Assembly: GCA_964451805.1 (NCBI GenBank)
Contig: CAYVJI010000003.1
Span: 1,758-65,757 of the forward strand
Direction of reading: 5' to 3'
Source of the DNA: an uncultured Pelolinea sp.
GTDB taxonomy: Bacteria > Chloroflexota > Anaerolineae > Anaerolineales > Anaerolineaceae
Length of the DNA: 64,000 nucleotides
This document shows, one piece after another, positions 38,293 to 49,524 of the stretch. Within the stretch, counting starts at the first letter, position 1, and every line of letters starts with the position of its first letter. The notes under the pieces were generated by a model. That model worked only from the letters and a program-made list of their open reading frames with translations, did no database searches and had not been told where the DNA came from. The translations under genes were made by a program, and so were the position numbers.

Positions 38293-40211
38293 TTCTACAA
38301 ATGGATAGAATTCAGATTTGGGGATTGAAGGCATACCTTGAACGGGTGATACCTCTGTTGCACAATTTCGGCAATATGCAAATAGATGATGTGCGCCAGA
38401 TTGCGGATACGATGGTGCAGCCTTTCACCATGCCGGATGCAATGCAAGCGGAACGTGAAGCAGTAGATTTGCTGATCGCAAACATTAATGGTTTGAAAGA
38501 CCTATTTTCCAGTCTCATTGAAACGAATGTAGAGGCGATGGTTGAGAAAGAAGATACCATCCCGTTTATACAGAGCAAAGTTACGGAAATCACAACCCAA
38601 GTCCAGTACTTAAATAATCAGAAAAAATTCATTCAAGATGAACTGGTGTCTCTTTCGAAATACAATGACATGCTTTCTGTTATTGCACCGCTGTTGCCGA
38701 ATTCTGCTAAAAAATCCGGCAATGCATCCATTCGTGCTTTGGTGCATTCCTCGCAAATGCGCACAATGAACATATTGGCGCAGCAGCTGAAACTGCTTAC
38801 GCGAGGAAAATTTGACATGGTTTCGATTAAGGTCGGGGAATCCACCAATGCAATTGTGGGTATCTTTCCACTAGAAATGATTGACCAAGTGGAAACATTC
38901 TTGAAGAATGAAAAAGTTACGCAATTGATCTTGCCTGAAGAATATGCCTACCTTTCAACTGACGAAGCTCTTCAGCATATTACAAAAAAAGTCCAGATCA
39001 ATCACCTCGAATTGGATGAAATAGATGAACGCCTGCAGAAAATTGCTGCACAATGGCTGTCGAAGTTGCACATTTGGCAGCTTGTCTGCCAAGATCGGGT
39101 TGATGAATTTGAAGCATATGCGAAAATTGGTGAAACGGAATATACCTTCACGATATTTGGATGGGTGCCACAGGAGAGAATAGATGATTTGCGGAAATTA
39201 TTATCGCAAAACTTTGCTCAGAATGTGATACTCAGTATTATTGATGTGCCATCTGTTCTCAAAGATAAGATACCTGTAGCCACAAAGAATCCTGGAGTAG
39301 TCCAACCATACGAGGATTTTGTTAAAATGCGGGCAATTCCCAAATATAGTGATATTGACCCGAGTCATCTGGTGGCTATTTTCATGCCCATTTTTTTCGG
39401 AATGATGGTTGGCGATGTTGGTTATGGTGTTCTTATGTTGGTTATTGCTCTGTTATTAGGAAAAAAAATGGCAGCTGGCTTGATTCGCAATTTTTTCAAG
39501 GCTTTGCAGGCTGGGGCAATCTGGTCGATTTTTTTCGGAATTCTTTATGGCGAATATTTCGGAACTCTCGGGGAAAAGTGGGGAATTCCTGCATTATGGT
39601 TCAATCGTTCTGATGCCAACAGTTTCACTACATTGTTGGGCATGTCGCTCGCGGTAGGTGTTGTGCATATCCTGCTCGGACTGGTGATTGGTGTTTGGAA
39701 TGCATTCGTGCAAAAAAACCGCAACCATTTACTGGAGCGAGGCGGGATGTTCATCGGAATAATTGGGATTTGTGTTTTGATTGCTTCATTAACAAAAATC
39801 CTTCCTCATGGTTTCTCCACGTTGGGTTGGGTTATATTGGCGGTCGGCGTATCAACGCTAGCTCTCTCTCTAGGCAAGACGGGAATCATCATGGGTCCTA
39901 TCGAGTTTGTCGGGGTCATCGGCAATGTTCTCTCCTACCTGAGAATTGCCGCCTTAGGTTTGGCTTCTGTTTTCTTGGCGAAAGTTGCCAATGATTTAGG
40001 AGGAATGGTGGGTAGTGTTGTGGTTGGGGTGCTCATTGCTCTGCTGATTCATGCATTGAATTTAGTCATGGGGATGCTTAGCCCAACGATTCAGAGTCTG
40101 CGTTTGCAGTATGTTGAATTTTTCAGAAAGTTCTATGAGGGTGGTCAATCGCCTTTTACACCCTTCCGCAAACGCATTGAAAACTTTGGTGTTCACAAAA
40201 TAAAAGCATAG
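38289..40211 (+). CDS. atpI: A/V-type ATP synthase subunit I (a)
   Basis: DP......FFGMMVGDVGYG, essential Arg in SYLRIAALG, LRLQYVEFF.KFY. Confidence 0.95.
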   Translation: MILQMDRIQIWGLKAYLERVIPLLHNFGNMQIDDVRQIADTMVQPFTMPDAMQAEREAVDLLIANINGLKDLFSSLIETNVEAMVEKEDTIPFIQSKVTEITTQVQYLNNQKKFIQDELVSLSKYNDMLSVIAPLLPNSAKKSGNASIRALVHSSQMRTMNILAQQLKLLTRGKFDMVSIKVGESTNAIVGIFPLEMIDQVETFLKNEKVTQLILPEEYAYLSTDEALQHITKKVQINHLELDEIDERLQKIAAQWLSKLHIWQLVCQDRVDEFEAYAKIGETEYTFTIFGWVPQERIDDLRKLLSQNFAQNVILSIIDVPSVLKDKIPVATKNPGVVQPYEDFVKMRAIPKYSDIDPSHLVAIFMPIFFGMMVGDVGYGVLMLVIALLLGKKMAAGLIRNFFKALQAGAIWSIFFGILYGEYFGTLGEKWGIPALWFNRSDANSFTTLLGMSLAVGVVHILLGLVIGVWNAFVQKNRNHLLERGGMFIGIIGICVLIASLTKILPHGFSTLGWVILAVGVSTLALSLGKTGIIMGPIEFVGVIGNVLSYLRIAALGLASVFLAKVANDLGGMVGSVVVGVLIALLIHALNLVMGMLSPTIQSLRLQYVEFFRKFYEGGQSPFTPFRKRIENFGVHKIKA

Positions 40212-40235
40212 AAATAAAAAAGGAGTAATAAAAAA

Positions 40236-40451
40236 ATGGAAAAAGCAATTATGGCAATCGCAGCTGGTTTGGCAATCGGCATTACGGCTCTGGCGACTGC
40301 ATTGGCGCAACGTGCAATTGGATCAGCTGGCGTTGGGGCAATTTCTGAAAAACCCGAATTGATTGGGTCCATTATTATCCTGGTAGCCATACCAGAGACT
40401 TTGGTGATTCTCGGTTTCGCAGTAGCTGCCATTATCTTAATGGGAGGATGA
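40236..40451 (+). CDS. atpK: A/V-type ATP synthase proteolipid subunit K (c), single hairpin
   Basis: AQ..IG.AGVGAI.EKP and IPETLVI.G with ion-binding Glu. Confidence 0.93.
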   Translation: MEKAIMAIAAGLAIGITALATALAQRAIGSAGVGAISEKPELIGSIIILVAIPETLVILGFAVAAIILMGG

Positions 40452-40455
40452 ACTC

Positions 40456-41067
40456 GTGGATTTAGACGCCATTTTGGATGGCATAAAAAAAGCTGGTCAG
40501 TTGCAGATTGTGCAGATTCAGCAGGATGCAGAATCGCAGGCTTTGAAAATTATTGCCGAAACGGAAAAAGAAGCCAGACTGCAACAGAACCGGATTCTAG
40601 CTGATGGACAGTCTCGCTTGAATCGAGAGCAAGCCCTGATTATGCAGCAGGCACAGATTCAGGCTCTGCAGATGCATGCTGATGCACGTCAGCAATTGAT
40701 CGAAACCGCAATTAACGCTGCTTTGAAAGAACTGTCTGAATTGCGGAATAAAACTGTGTATGAAAAAATTTTGAAATGTTTTGTCACAGAAAGCATTGAG
40801 GCTCTATCTCCGTCCTTGTTAAATAACCAGAAAATTATTATGCATTTTGATCCTTGTGACAGATCTATCTCGGAAAAGATTCTAAAAGATTGCCCCTTGC
40901 AGATATCTGTGCAATATGACCTAAAATGTTTGGGCGGATGTATTGCAGAATCAGAAGATGGTATGGTTCGAACTTTGAACACGATTGAATCACGTTATGA
41001 GCATGTTCAATCCCATATCAAACAGAATTTGTCCTTGTTTTTCGAAAGTGAGCTATCTACGAGCTGA
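40456..41067 (+). CDS. atpE: A/V-type ATP synthase subunit E
   Basis: N-terminal coiled coil; GG......DG....NT...R motif; operon position. Confidence 0.88.
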   Translation: MDLDAILDGIKKAGQLQIVQIQQDAESQALKIIAETEKEARLQQNRILADGQSRLNREQALIMQQAQIQALQMHADARQQLIETAINAALKELSELRNKTVYEKILKCFVTESIEALSPSLLNNQKIIMHFDPCDRSISEKILKDCPLQISVQYDLKCLGGCIAESEDGMVRTLNTIESRYEHVQSHIKQNLSLFFESELSTS

Positions 41068-41069
41068 GA

Positions 41070-42131
41070 ATGGCTTTGTATGATTACGGTAATACACGCT
41101 TGCGCGCACAAATCTCCCGCCTTTTGGACATTCAGACGTTGGAGGCATTTGCGGATTTAAGATCATTGGAAAGTCTAATTTCAGCTCTGACGAGAACTGC
41201 CTACAAAGAATCTATAGAGACTGCCCTGACTTTTGCTCATGGATATTCCTGTTTGCAGGAAGCTATTAATTTGGAATTGCGAAATCTTGTTCATGCTCTC
41301 ACACGATATTACGAAGGAGATGCTCTAAAAAAAATACATCTGATATTTTTACGCGATGATGTATTGAATATCAAAGCAATTCTTCGGGGAATATTTTATG
41401 AAAACCACGTCGAGGAGATCATCAAGTCATTTTCGTCATTAGGTACGATTCCCGAAGTTGTCTTAAGGCAACTGGCACAGTCACAGGATATTAATGAAGC
41501 CATCAATCGGATGATTATATACAGTTTGCCTATGGCGCTGGTACTCTTGGATCTGCGCAGCAGGCATGGTGATTTGTCATTTCCGCAAATTGAATTAGAA
41601 CTGGAAAAATGGTATTTTTCTCAAGGATTGGCGGAAACAAGAATGAATACCGAAAATTGCCGTATTATGAAAAAAGCCTTTGCGATTGAGGCTGATATTG
41701 TTAATCTAAATACAGTTTTACGTTTCATCGCTTCAAATGCAGAATTGGCGAGTAAACCACAGGATATGGATCGGCATTTTGTCCCATCAGGGAACATTTC
41801 AGATAGGACACTATTGAAAATGATGAAAAGAGACTTGATAGAAGAAAGCGTTCGTGATTTGTTCAAAACTGGATATGGGAAATTTTTGCGAGTTGCTTTG
41901 GATTGCTATCACGAAACACATCTTCTAAGCGAATTTGAGAATCAAATCCGCATGTATGCGCTGGAATGGTCCGCTAATCTTCCCAAGTTATATCCGCTTG
42001 GTATTGGAGTAGCTTTAGGATTCATAGCCTTGAAGAAAAGCGAGATCAAAAACATTCGTTGGATTGCCCATGGCATACAGGCTGGGTTTCCTCCATCTGA
42101 GATAAAAGAAAAAATGGAAAAGATTTTATGA
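41070..42131 (+). CDS. atpC: A/V-type ATP synthase subunit C (d)
   Basis: Y.NTRLRA, D..NIK.ILRG and E.KNIRWIA.G motifs. Confidence 0.9.
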   Translation: MALYDYGNTRLRAQISRLLDIQTLEAFADLRSLESLISALTRTAYKESIETALTFAHGYSCLQEAINLELRNLVHALTRYYEGDALKKIHLIFLRDDVLNIKAILRGIFYENHVEEIIKSFSSLGTIPEVVLRQLAQSQDINEAINRMIIYSLPMALVLLDLRSRHGDLSFPQIELELEKWYFSQGLAETRMNTENCRIMKKAFAIEADIVNLNTVLRFIASNAELASKPQDMDRHFVPSGNISDRTLLKMMKRDLIEESVRDLFKTGYGKFLRVALDCYHETHLLSEFENQIRMYALEWSANLPKLYPLGIGVALGFIALKKSEIKNIRWIAHGIQAGFPPSEIKEKMEKIL

Positions 42132-42472
42132 ACAAGATGATTATTCTAACCCGCACGGAATATGTTGATGGTTTTAAGTTGGCGGGTGTGGATGTTATTG
42201 GCGTGGATGATGTCGAGACAGTTGAGCATTTAGTTCTATCATGGTTGAAAAAAAAGGAAGAAATTTTGTTGGCAATCAATGATGATCTATTTTCAAAACT
42301 GACGCCGAATTTGATTAAGCAAATTTATGCATCCAACGAAATGCTGCTCGTCACAATTCCAGATAAATCTGCCTCTGAAGGTGGGAAAGTGCACAATAAG
42401 CAGATTTATGAAATGATCCGTCACGCTACCGGTGTTCAAATCCACTTTAAAGGTGAAAGTAATGGAGCTTAA
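42128..42472 (+). CDS. atpF: A/V-type ATP synthase subunit F
   Basis: GFKLAGV, IP and IR.A.G motifs. Confidence 0.88.
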   Translation: MNKMIILTRTEYVDGFKLAGVDVIGVDDVETVEHLVLSWLKKKEEILLAINDDLFSKLTPNLIKQIYASNEMLLVTIPDKSASEGGKVHNKQIYEMIRHATGVQIHFKGESNGA

Positions 42473-44276
42473 TAATCCAGAGAATGGAAGAGTCACCCGT
42501 ATTTCAGGTCCAGTAGTGGGAGCAACCGGATTTCAAAAGATACGCTTGCATGATATGGTATTGGTGGGTAACGAGAAACTGGTTGGGGAAGTCATCCGTT
42601 TAAATGCATCTCATGCAACTATCCAGGTCTACGAAGATACCTCCGGTTTGGCAATGGGAGAACCAATTATTAATACAGGAAATCCCTTGGTTGCATCACT
42701 TGGTCCAGGTTTGATGGGTCAGATCTTTGATGGATTGCAGCGCCCATTGACAATTTTGGCAGAAAAGGATGGTGGATTTTTAAAGCGCGGCATAGGAGAA
42801 GCCCCTCTTTCTGAGGAGAAGGAATGGGAATTTACTCCTTGCGTGAAGGAGGGGGAAAGAATAAAACCGGGTGATATCTTAGGAACTTTGCCGGAAACCA
42901 AGAGCATTCAACATCGTGTGATGGTTCCAAGCATGCTGTCGGGTCGCGTGGTTGAAATTCATTCGGGAAAACTCACTTTAAAAAAGCATGCGGCGATTCT
43001 TGAGGATGAGAATGGCGGACAACACAAGGTGATGTTATCTCACACCTGGCCGGTGCGTGTTCCTCGCCGCTATAAACGCCGTCTAGATCTGAATGAACCG
43101 CTGATCACCGGAAAAAGAATCATTGATGCTTTTTTCCCGATCCCTAAAGGTGGGTCGGCGATCATTCCTGGCGGATTTGGAACCGGCAAAACCGTTATTC
43201 AACAATCTCTGGCACGCTGGTCAGAAGTGGATGTGGTGGTTTATGTCGGCTGTGGTGAACGTGGAAATGAAATGGCTGAAGTGCTCAATGAACTGCCCAA
43301 ATTAGAGGATCGAGCTTCAGGCATCCCATTGATCAACCGAACAGTGTTGATAGCAAATACATCCAATATGCCTGTGGCGGCGCGTGAGGCAAGTATTTAC
43401 ATGGGAATCACAATCGCCGAATTTTATCGCGACATGGGCTATGACGTGCTGATGCTGGCAGACTCCACATCACGTTGGGGTGAAGCGCTGCGCGAGGTTT
43501 CAAGCCGTTTGGAAGAAATACCTGGCGAGGAAGGATATCCCGCATATTTGGCTTCTCGCCTGGCGGAATTTTATGAACGTGCTGGGCATGTTGGCTGTTT
43601 AGGGTCTGGATTAAAGAATGACAAACATGAGGAGCGTGAAGGGTCAATCTCACTGGTTGGTGCGGTTTCCCCGCCTGGTGGAGATTTTTCAGATCCAATC
43701 ACTCAAAGTTCCATGCGCATTGCAGGAGTTTTTTGGGCGTTGGATTATGAATTATCGCGCCGCAGACATTTTCCCGCCATTAATTGGACAAAAAGCTTTT
43801 CATTGGTGGAAATGAATCACTGGTTTATCGAAGAAGTTGCCGATGATTTTGTGGTTCTGATGAGAAACGCACAATCGATATTAAGTCGCGAACATGAACT
43901 TCAGCAAGTCGTCCAGTTGATAGGACAGGATGCTCTTTCTGAAATGGAAAGAGAAGTGTTATTGATTTCCCGTATCCTGCGTGAGGATTACCTCCAGCAA
44001 TCAGCTACTCACGATGTCGATGCTTTTTGTCCCATGGAAAAATCGTATTGGATGATGAAAGTAATCATGCATTTTCACGAACAAGCTCAATTAGCTTTAC
44101 AGAAAGGGGTGGATTTGCTTGAGTTGGAGGAAACTCAAGTTCTGCAGAAAATTGCCCGCATGAAAGAAGTGAAAATAGATCGTGCCGTGGAAAGAATGCA
44201 GTTGCTGATGGATGAGATTGACAGTGAGATTGCCAGATTATGGGAAAAAATGGAGCCCGGCAATGATGGAAAATAA
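42462..44276 (+). CDS. atpA: A/V-type ATP synthase catalytic subunit A
   Basis: Walker [32 protein letters not shown] and PPGGDFS motifs. Confidence 0.97.
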   Translation: MELNNPENGRVTRISGPVVGATGFQKIRLHDMVLVGNEKLVGEVIRLNASHATIQVYEDTSGLAMGEPIINTGNPLVASLGPGLMGQIFDGLQRPLTILAEKDGGFLKRGIGEAPLSEEKEWEFTPCVKEGERIKPGDILGTLPETKSIQHRVMVPSMLSGRVVEIHSGKLTLKKHAAILEDENGGQHKVMLSHTWPVRVPRRYKRRLDLNEPLITGKRIIDAFFPIPKGGSAIIPGGFGTGKTVIQQSLARWSEVDVVVYVGCGERGNEMAEVLNELPKLEDRASGIPLINRTVLIANTSNMPVAAREASIYMGITIAEFYRDMGYDVLMLADSTSRWGEALREVSSRLEEIPGEEGYPAYLASRLAEFYERAGHVGCLGSGLKNDKHEEREGSISLVGAVSPPGGDFSDPITQSSMRIAGVFWALDYELSRRRHFPAINWTKSFSLVEMNHWFIEEVADDFVVLMRNAQSILSREHELQQVVQLIGQDALSEMEREVLLISRILREDYLQQSATHDVDAFCPMEKSYWMMKVIMHFHEQAQLALQKGVDLLELEETQVLQKIARMKEVKIDRAVERMQLLMDEIDSEIARLWEKMEPGNDGK

Positions 44277-45672
44277 AAAGCAAAGTGATCTGGTTACGAA
44301 AGAATTTCGAACAGTGAGCCAGATTAGAGGACCATTGATTTTCGTGGAGCGCGTTTCTGGGGTAGCGTTTGATGAAATGGTTGAAATCATTGACCCTGTA
44401 GGGCATTCACGCGTAGGCCGGGTTTTGGAAATTTATGATGACACGGCAGTTATCCAGCTCTTTTTATCCACCGAAGGGCTGGATCTATCTCAAACTATGG
44501 TTAGGTTTTCTGGAGATGTCATTCGCCTGAAGGTATCCCAATCGATGTTGGGTCGCATTCTAAATGGTTTGGGTGATCCAATAGACGGTGGCCCAGCATT
44601 ATTGCCGGAAAAACTAGAAGATATCAACGGCCGTCCTCTAAATCCTGCAGTGCGCGTTGAACCGAGTGAATTTATTCAGACCGGAATTTCCGCTATTGAT
44701 GGCTTGAACTCGCTTGCGCGAGGACAGAAATTGCCCATTTTTTCTGGTTCTGGTTTACCTGGGAATGAACTGGCAGCGCAGATAGCATCTCAAGCCAGAG
44801 TCCTTAACACGAAAAGTCCTAAGGATGAACCCTTTGCGGTAGTATTTGCTGCGATCGGCATTACTCATCGAGAATCTTCATATTTTATTGATCATTTTCG
44901 CTCCAGCGGCGCCCTGAATCGAACGGTTGTGTTTCTGAACCATGCTGATGATCCTACCATTGAACGCATTATTACACCCAGAGTGGCGTTGACAGCGGCG
45001 GAGTACTTGGCATATGAGCATGATATGCATGTCCTGGTTATCATGACCGATATAACAAATTATTGCGAAGCCTTGCGCGAGCTATCGGTGGCACGTGAGG
45101 AATTGCCCGCACGACGCGGTTATCCGGGATATATGTATTCTGACCTGGCAAGTTTGTATGAGCGCGCGGGACGGATTGCGGGACATACAGGTACGGTGAC
45201 CCAGTTGATCCTGTTGACGATGCCGGACGATGATATTACCCATCCAATTTCTGATCTGACCGGTTATATCACAGAGGGGCAGATCGTGTTGAATCGTGTA
45301 CTTAATCAAAAAGGAGTGTATCCTCCGATCGATGTTTTACCGTCACTATCAAGGTTGATGAATGCTGCTATCGGCGCAGGCCACACTCGCGAGGATCATC
45401 GCAGTGTGGCTGACCAAATGTACGCGCTGTATGCTGAGGGCAGAGATTTAGAAAAATTAATCACAATCATCGGTGAAGATTCATTATCAGAACAAGATCG
45501 GCGTGTTCTTGCGTTTACCCGCCGATTTGAGAAGGAATTTGTGGGTCAAGGAGATAAAAACCGTTCATTTACGGAAACGCTTGACCTCAGCTGGGATTTG
45601 CTTTCCAGTATGCCCGCCCAATATCTTAAGAGAATCCCTGAGGAATATATCCGCAGATTCCTGAAAAAGTAA
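44263..45672 (+). CDS. atpB: A/V-type ATP synthase subunit B
   Basis: [34 protein letters not shown] and PSLSRLM motifs. Confidence 0.97.
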   Translation: MMENKKQSDLVTKEFRTVSQIRGPLIFVERVSGVAFDEMVEIIDPVGHSRVGRVLEIYDDTAVIQLFLSTEGLDLSQTMVRFSGDVIRLKVSQSMLGRILNGLGDPIDGGPALLPEKLEDINGRPLNPAVRVEPSEFIQTGISAIDGLNSLARGQKLPIFSGSGLPGNELAAQIASQARVLNTKSPKDEPFAVVFAAIGITHRESSYFIDHFRSSGALNRTVVFLNHADDPTIERIITPRVALTAAEYLAYEHDMHVLVIMTDITNYCEALRELSVAREELPARRGYPGYMYSDLASLYERAGRIAGHTGTVTQLILLTMPDDDITHPISDLTGYITEGQIVLNRVLNQKGVYPPIDVLPSLSRLMNAAIGAGHTREDHRSVADQMYALYAEGRDLEKLITIIGEDSLSEQDRRVLAFTRRFEKEFVGQGDKNRSFTETLDLSWDLLSSMPAQYLKRIPEEYIRRFLKK

Positions 45673-46350
45673 ATGGCTAATATATCAAATCTCTCAACAA
45701 CCAGAAATGAATTAATGGTGCGCAAGCAACAAATTGAGCTGACGCGTGCTGGGTATGATTTGCTGGATAAAAAAAGGCTTGCGTTGATGCAAGAAATTTT
45801 AAGGCTTCAGGATGAGGTTGTTCACTTGGCGGCAAATTTACAGGAAATGACTGCCAATAGCCGCAGAGCGTTGGCGAAAGCGGAAGCGCTGGTTGGAACT
45901 TCAGGAGTACGGGTGGCTGCAATGGGAAAGAAGCATGAAGTGAAGGTCGAAATGGCTGATACCACATTATTGGGAGTCCATGTTCCTCAATTGAAGGTTT
46001 CACCAATCCATCGAGATTTCTCTCAACGCGAACTAAGCTCAACCGGCACTTCGCTGGTAATTGATGAAGTCGCAGAATCCTATGAACAGAATATTGAAGG
46101 GATGATTCGATTGGCGGATGGAGAAATGCGACTGTCAAAATTGATGAAAGAGATCATGCGCACAACGCGTCGTTTGAAAGCTCTGGAGCATATTGTTATT
46201 CCCCGTCTTCAATCAGAGTACCATTATATTGACAATGCCCTTGAGGAGCGTGAACGTTCCCAGCATTTTGCATTGAAGTTGGCAAAAAAAATACTGACTG
46301 AAAAGCATCAATCTTTCGAAAATAAAAATAAAAAAACGAAGGCTTTATAA
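45673..46350 (+). CDS. atpD: A/V-type ATP synthase subunit D
   Basis: TR.ELM, GY.LL..KR.AL and T.RR..ALE...IP motifs; 3' end overlaps convergent folP. Confidence 0.94.
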   Translation: MANISNLSTTRNELMVRKQQIELTRAGYDLLDKKRLALMQEILRLQDEVVHLAANLQEMTANSRRALAKAEALVGTSGVRVAAMGKKHEVKVEMADTTLLGVHVPQLKVSPIHRDFSQRELSSTGTSLVIDEVAESYEQNIEGMIRLADGEMRLSKLMKEIMRTTRRLKALEHIVIPRLQSEYHYIDNALEERERSQHFALKLAKKILTEKHQSFENKNKKTKAL

Positions 46351-47214
46351 ATTGCCTTCCAACCGGCCAAGGATAGCGTCACTCACTTTCGCAACGCGCG
46401 CCATGGCTCTGACGTTGTGGACGCGAATAATGTCCGCGCCGCGAGCGATGCCGATCGCAATGGCTGCCGCTGTACCTTCTTCGCGTTCTTCAACCGGCAA
46501 GTCCAGGATTTGCCCGATGAATGATTTGCGTGAAGGACCGATCAGGATGGGGAAGCCCAAGCATCGAAATTCATCCAGGTGATTAATAATAGCCAAGTTC
46601 TGTTCTACGCTTTTACCAAAGCCGATGCCAGGATCAAGGATGATTTTTTCTTCCTGAATCCCGGCTTGCTTGGCAATGCGGATACTGGCAGATAGATCTG
46701 CTTTGATTTCCTCGATCAGATTCTGATAATCACTGCCTTGATAGCTTTTTCCAATTACGCCAAGATCTCGAATTGCGTGCGCTTGGCTGCGGTTATGCAT
46801 TAGCACCACGGTAGCCCCAAAGGAATGAATAATATTTGCCAAGGCGGTATCAGCTTGTAAGCCCCAAATATCATTGATCCAATCCGCCCCTTCTTCAAGG
46901 CAAATTTGTGCGGTTTTTGATTTACATGTGTCAATGGAAATGGCGGCATCAAGATTTATAGATTTGATTGCCTTGAGAATGGGCAGAAGGCGCTTAAGTT
47001 CTTGTTCAGTGGAGATCGTGTGCGAACCAGGCCGGCTGCTTTCGGCTCCCAAATCTAAGATGTGCGCTCCTGCTTGCACAAATTCTTGTGCCTGAAGTGT
47101 GGCTTGTTTTATAGGATCCTTATGCGATAGTATTCCATCGCCCGAAAAACTATCCGGAGTTATGTTGATGACCCCCATCAGATAAGTGCGTTTTCCCCAA
47201 TCAAAGGATTGCAT
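46345..47214 (-). CDS. folP: Dihydropteroate synthase
   Basis: MGVINITPDSFSGDG, ESSRPG, DPGIGFGK, SRKSFIG and RVHNV motifs. Confidence 0.96.
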   Translation of the reverse strand: MQSFDWGKRTYLMGVINITPDSFSGDGILSHKDPIKQATLQAQEFVQAGAHILDLGAESSRPGSHTISTEQELKRLLPILKAIKSINLDAAISIDTCKSKTAQICLEEGADWINDIWGLQADTALANIIHSFGATVVLMHNRSQAHAIRDLGVIGKSYQGSDYQNLIEEIKADLSASIRIAKQAGIQEEKIILDPGIGFGKSVEQNLAIINHLDEFRCLGFPILIGPSRKSFIGQILDLPVEEREEGTAAAIAIGIARGADIIRVHNVRAMARVAKVSDAILGRLEGNL

Positions 47215-47707
47215 GCTTCACCCGACTTTTTGAAATTTTTTCGAGATCATCCGAGTTAAATTTACGCAGCAAATCGGATATTTTAACTTTTATTTCTGGA
47301 TGGATCAGGTCTGCAGCAATTTCATGCAGAGGTACTAAAACAAACAAACGTTCAGTTAATGCGGGGTGGGGAATTTGCAGCGTATGCGAGTTATATACCA
47401 GGTCATCATATAGTAGGATATCCATATCAATGCAGCGTGGTCCGTAGCGGAAAGTCTTTACTCGACCGAGTTTGTTTTCAATCCATTTCAGCTTCTTCAG
47501 GGCTGGCTCAGGATCCAAATTCGTTTTAGTTTCAATGACCTGATTGAGGAAACTAGGTTGATCGGTATAACCCCAGGCAGGGGTTTGGTATACAGACGAT
47601 TGCTGGACAAGTAGATACTCTGGGGAAAGTGCTTCAATAGCCTGTTTTAAATAGCTTGCGCGATTGCCAAGGTTCGATCCCAGCCCGATGAATACCGTAT
47701 GAACCAT
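47201..47707 (-). CDS. folK: HPPK (2-amino-4-hydroxy-6-hydroxymethyldihydropteridine diphosphokinase)
   Basis: GLGSNLG, FLN, GPR.ID.DILLY, PHP and R.FVLVPL motifs. Confidence 0.96.
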   Translation of the reverse strand: MVHTVFIGLGSNLGNRASYLKQAIEALSPEYLLVQQSSVYQTPAWGYTDQPSFLNQVIETKTNLDPEPALKKLKWIENKLGRVKTFRYGPRCIDMDILLYDDLVYNSHTLQIPHPALTERLFVLVPLHEIAADLIHPEIKVKISDLLRKFNSDDLEKISKSRVKHAIL

Positions 47708-47709
47708 TT

Positions 47710-48741
47710 TCAGGTAGACTTTAAAATATTGAGCATGTCGGCAAGCAAACCATAGGCGGTGGTATCTGGGCTGGGGTGGCTTTCGAGTATGCCGAGACCA
47801 GGTAGCACATCTGTTTGAAACTGCACAAAAGAACTGGTGCCGCTTACGCTGTAGAGCGGTGATTGTGGCAAGACTAATTCCGGCGCCACGCTGGCTGTGA
47901 TTTTGTCTGTATCTTTCGATGCGCGACAGACCAATTTCCAGCGTTGCCCGTCGCGTTTGGCTTGCTGGATTTCTGTCAACGAAAGACCTCGAATTCCTTC
48001 TCGCTTGACCTGCTGTGGCTTGAATGGTGTATCCATCAAGACGGTGATGATTGCGGCGGCTTTGATGGCCGCGTCCCAGCCGTCGATATCGCCGCTGGGG
48101 TCTGTTTCCGCGATCCCGATCGATTGGGCGTAAGCAACCGCCTCTTCAAAATTTTCACCTTCCTCCATGCGTTCCAATAGCAGATTTGTACAAGAATTTA
48201 AAATACCCTCAAAGCCCAAGAGATTGATGCCTGGCAAGGCTTCCCTAAATACTGAAAAGATGGGCGCACCGTCCATTACGGCGGATTCAAATAGGTACTT
48301 CCGGTTATGCCTTTCCGCAATCCCTTTAAGTTCATGGTAGGCGTGCACTACGGGTCCTTTGTTGGCTGATACAGCATGCATGCTATTCTCAAGTGCACAG
48401 CGGACGTGGGTGAGGGATGGCTCGCCATTTTGATAATTTACCGGTGAGTTTTCTAATAAAAAATCGGCGTTGCTCAAACGAATGAATTCGCAGATATCCG
48501 CAGGAGTTTTCATCGTTGAAAGGTCATTGAGCATTTCGCCTTGTTCGCTCAACTTCCGCGCTTTTTCGAGGTCGATTCCATTATCATCCATTGCCCGCCC
48601 ATGCCTGCCGGTTGCGATGGCGGTAACCCGCATGGATACATGGTATTTCTGTCTAAGTTCTTCTTGTTTGTGTTGCATTAGGCGCGTGAATGCTCGGGCG
48701 ACATTGCCGAAACCGATTAAGCAAATTGTGATCTCTTTCAT
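47710..48741 (-). CDS. hom: Homoserine dehydrogenase (no ACT domain)
   Basis: GFGNV, ANKGP, E.AVMDG.P, GILN and G.AETDP..DIDG.DAA.K motifs. Confidence 0.9.
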   Translation of the reverse strand: MKEITICLIGFGNVARAFTRLMQHKQEELRQKYHVSMRVTAIATGRHGRAMDDNGIDLEKARKLSEQGEMLNDLSTMKTPADICEFIRLSNADFLLENSPVNYQNGEPSLTHVRCALENSMHAVSANKGPVVHAYHELKGIAERHNRKYLFESAVMDGAPIFSVFREALPGINLLGFEGILNSCTNLLLERMEEGENFEEAVAYAQSIGIAETDPSGDIDGWDAAIKAAAIITVLMDTPFKPQQVKREGIRGLSLTEIQQAKRDGQRWKLVCRASKDTDKITASVAPELVLPQSPLYSVSGTSSFVQFQTDVLPGLGILESHPSPDTTAYGLLADMLNILKST

Positions 48742-48773
48742 TGAGTTTCAAACCTTATGATTAGTGTTTTCGT

Positions 48774-49523
48774 TTAAATCAACGGCCAAGGAAATTGGCG
48801 TTTCTTTTCATCCGGTAGGGGAAAAACTGGATGATTGATTATAAACACAAGCCGTGTTTTTAGGGCGGCAATTTCTAAGGGGTTGAGTAAACAGCTCAAC
48901 TTTGTAAACAAATCGGTCTTGGGTTTAAGGTGATTGAGCATTGCCTCTAAATCTGTGATGTTTTCTTCGGGAATCTGCTTGCCGCCGAAATCCCAGATCA
49001 CCGTTCGGATTTTTTCCTCTGTATGAAAACACAATCCATGATCTATCAGCCAAATATGGTTGCTTTCGTCCAGAAGAATATGGCTGCCTTTTCGATCGGC
49101 ATTGTTGATAACCAGATCGAATAAAGCGCATTGCTTCAAATTGTCACGGGTAGCGTCATCAAGAGAAAAATAATTGAGTTTGGGATTATGCGGGATATAC
49201 AATTGCATGGATCCTTTGCCAAACGGACCTTCAGAACGCATAACAGTAGGCGGAACAAGTTCCCAGCCAAGCGCGTCGCTGATAAGAAATGCAGCCATTT
49301 CGCGTGCAGCCAGAGTATCGGGCGGAAAGTCCCACAATGGCCTTTCGCCGCGCATGGGCTTATATACTGCATCTATAGACTTCCCCGAGTATTCCAATTG
49401 AACAAAGAAAGTATAGTTGCTTCCTAGAACAAAACGACCTTGCAGATTGATGTCTCCCTGTTTGAGAATCATAACCACGTCATCTTTTGTTAAGGTCGTT
49501 GCTGCAGATAGGGTTTGGCCCAT
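48774..49523 (-). CDS. SCO1664 family protein (PI3/PI4-kinase-like fold)
   Basis: GSNYTF, VYKP.RGERPLWDFP..TLA.RE, NNADRKGSH and IDHGLCF motifs. Confidence 0.88.
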   Translation of the reverse strand: MGQTLSAATTLTKDDVVMILKQGDINLQGRFVLGSNYTFFVQLEYSGKSIDAVYKPMRGERPLWDFPPDTLAAREMAAFLISDALGWELVPPTVMRSEGPFGKGSMQLYIPHNPKLNYFSLDDATRDNLKQCALFDLVINNADRKGSHILLDESNHIWLIDHGLCFHTEEKIRTVIWDFGGKQIPEENITDLEAMLNHLKPKTDLFTKLSCLLNPLEIAALKTRLVFIINHPVFPLPDEKKRQFPWPLI

Positions 49524-49524
49524 C

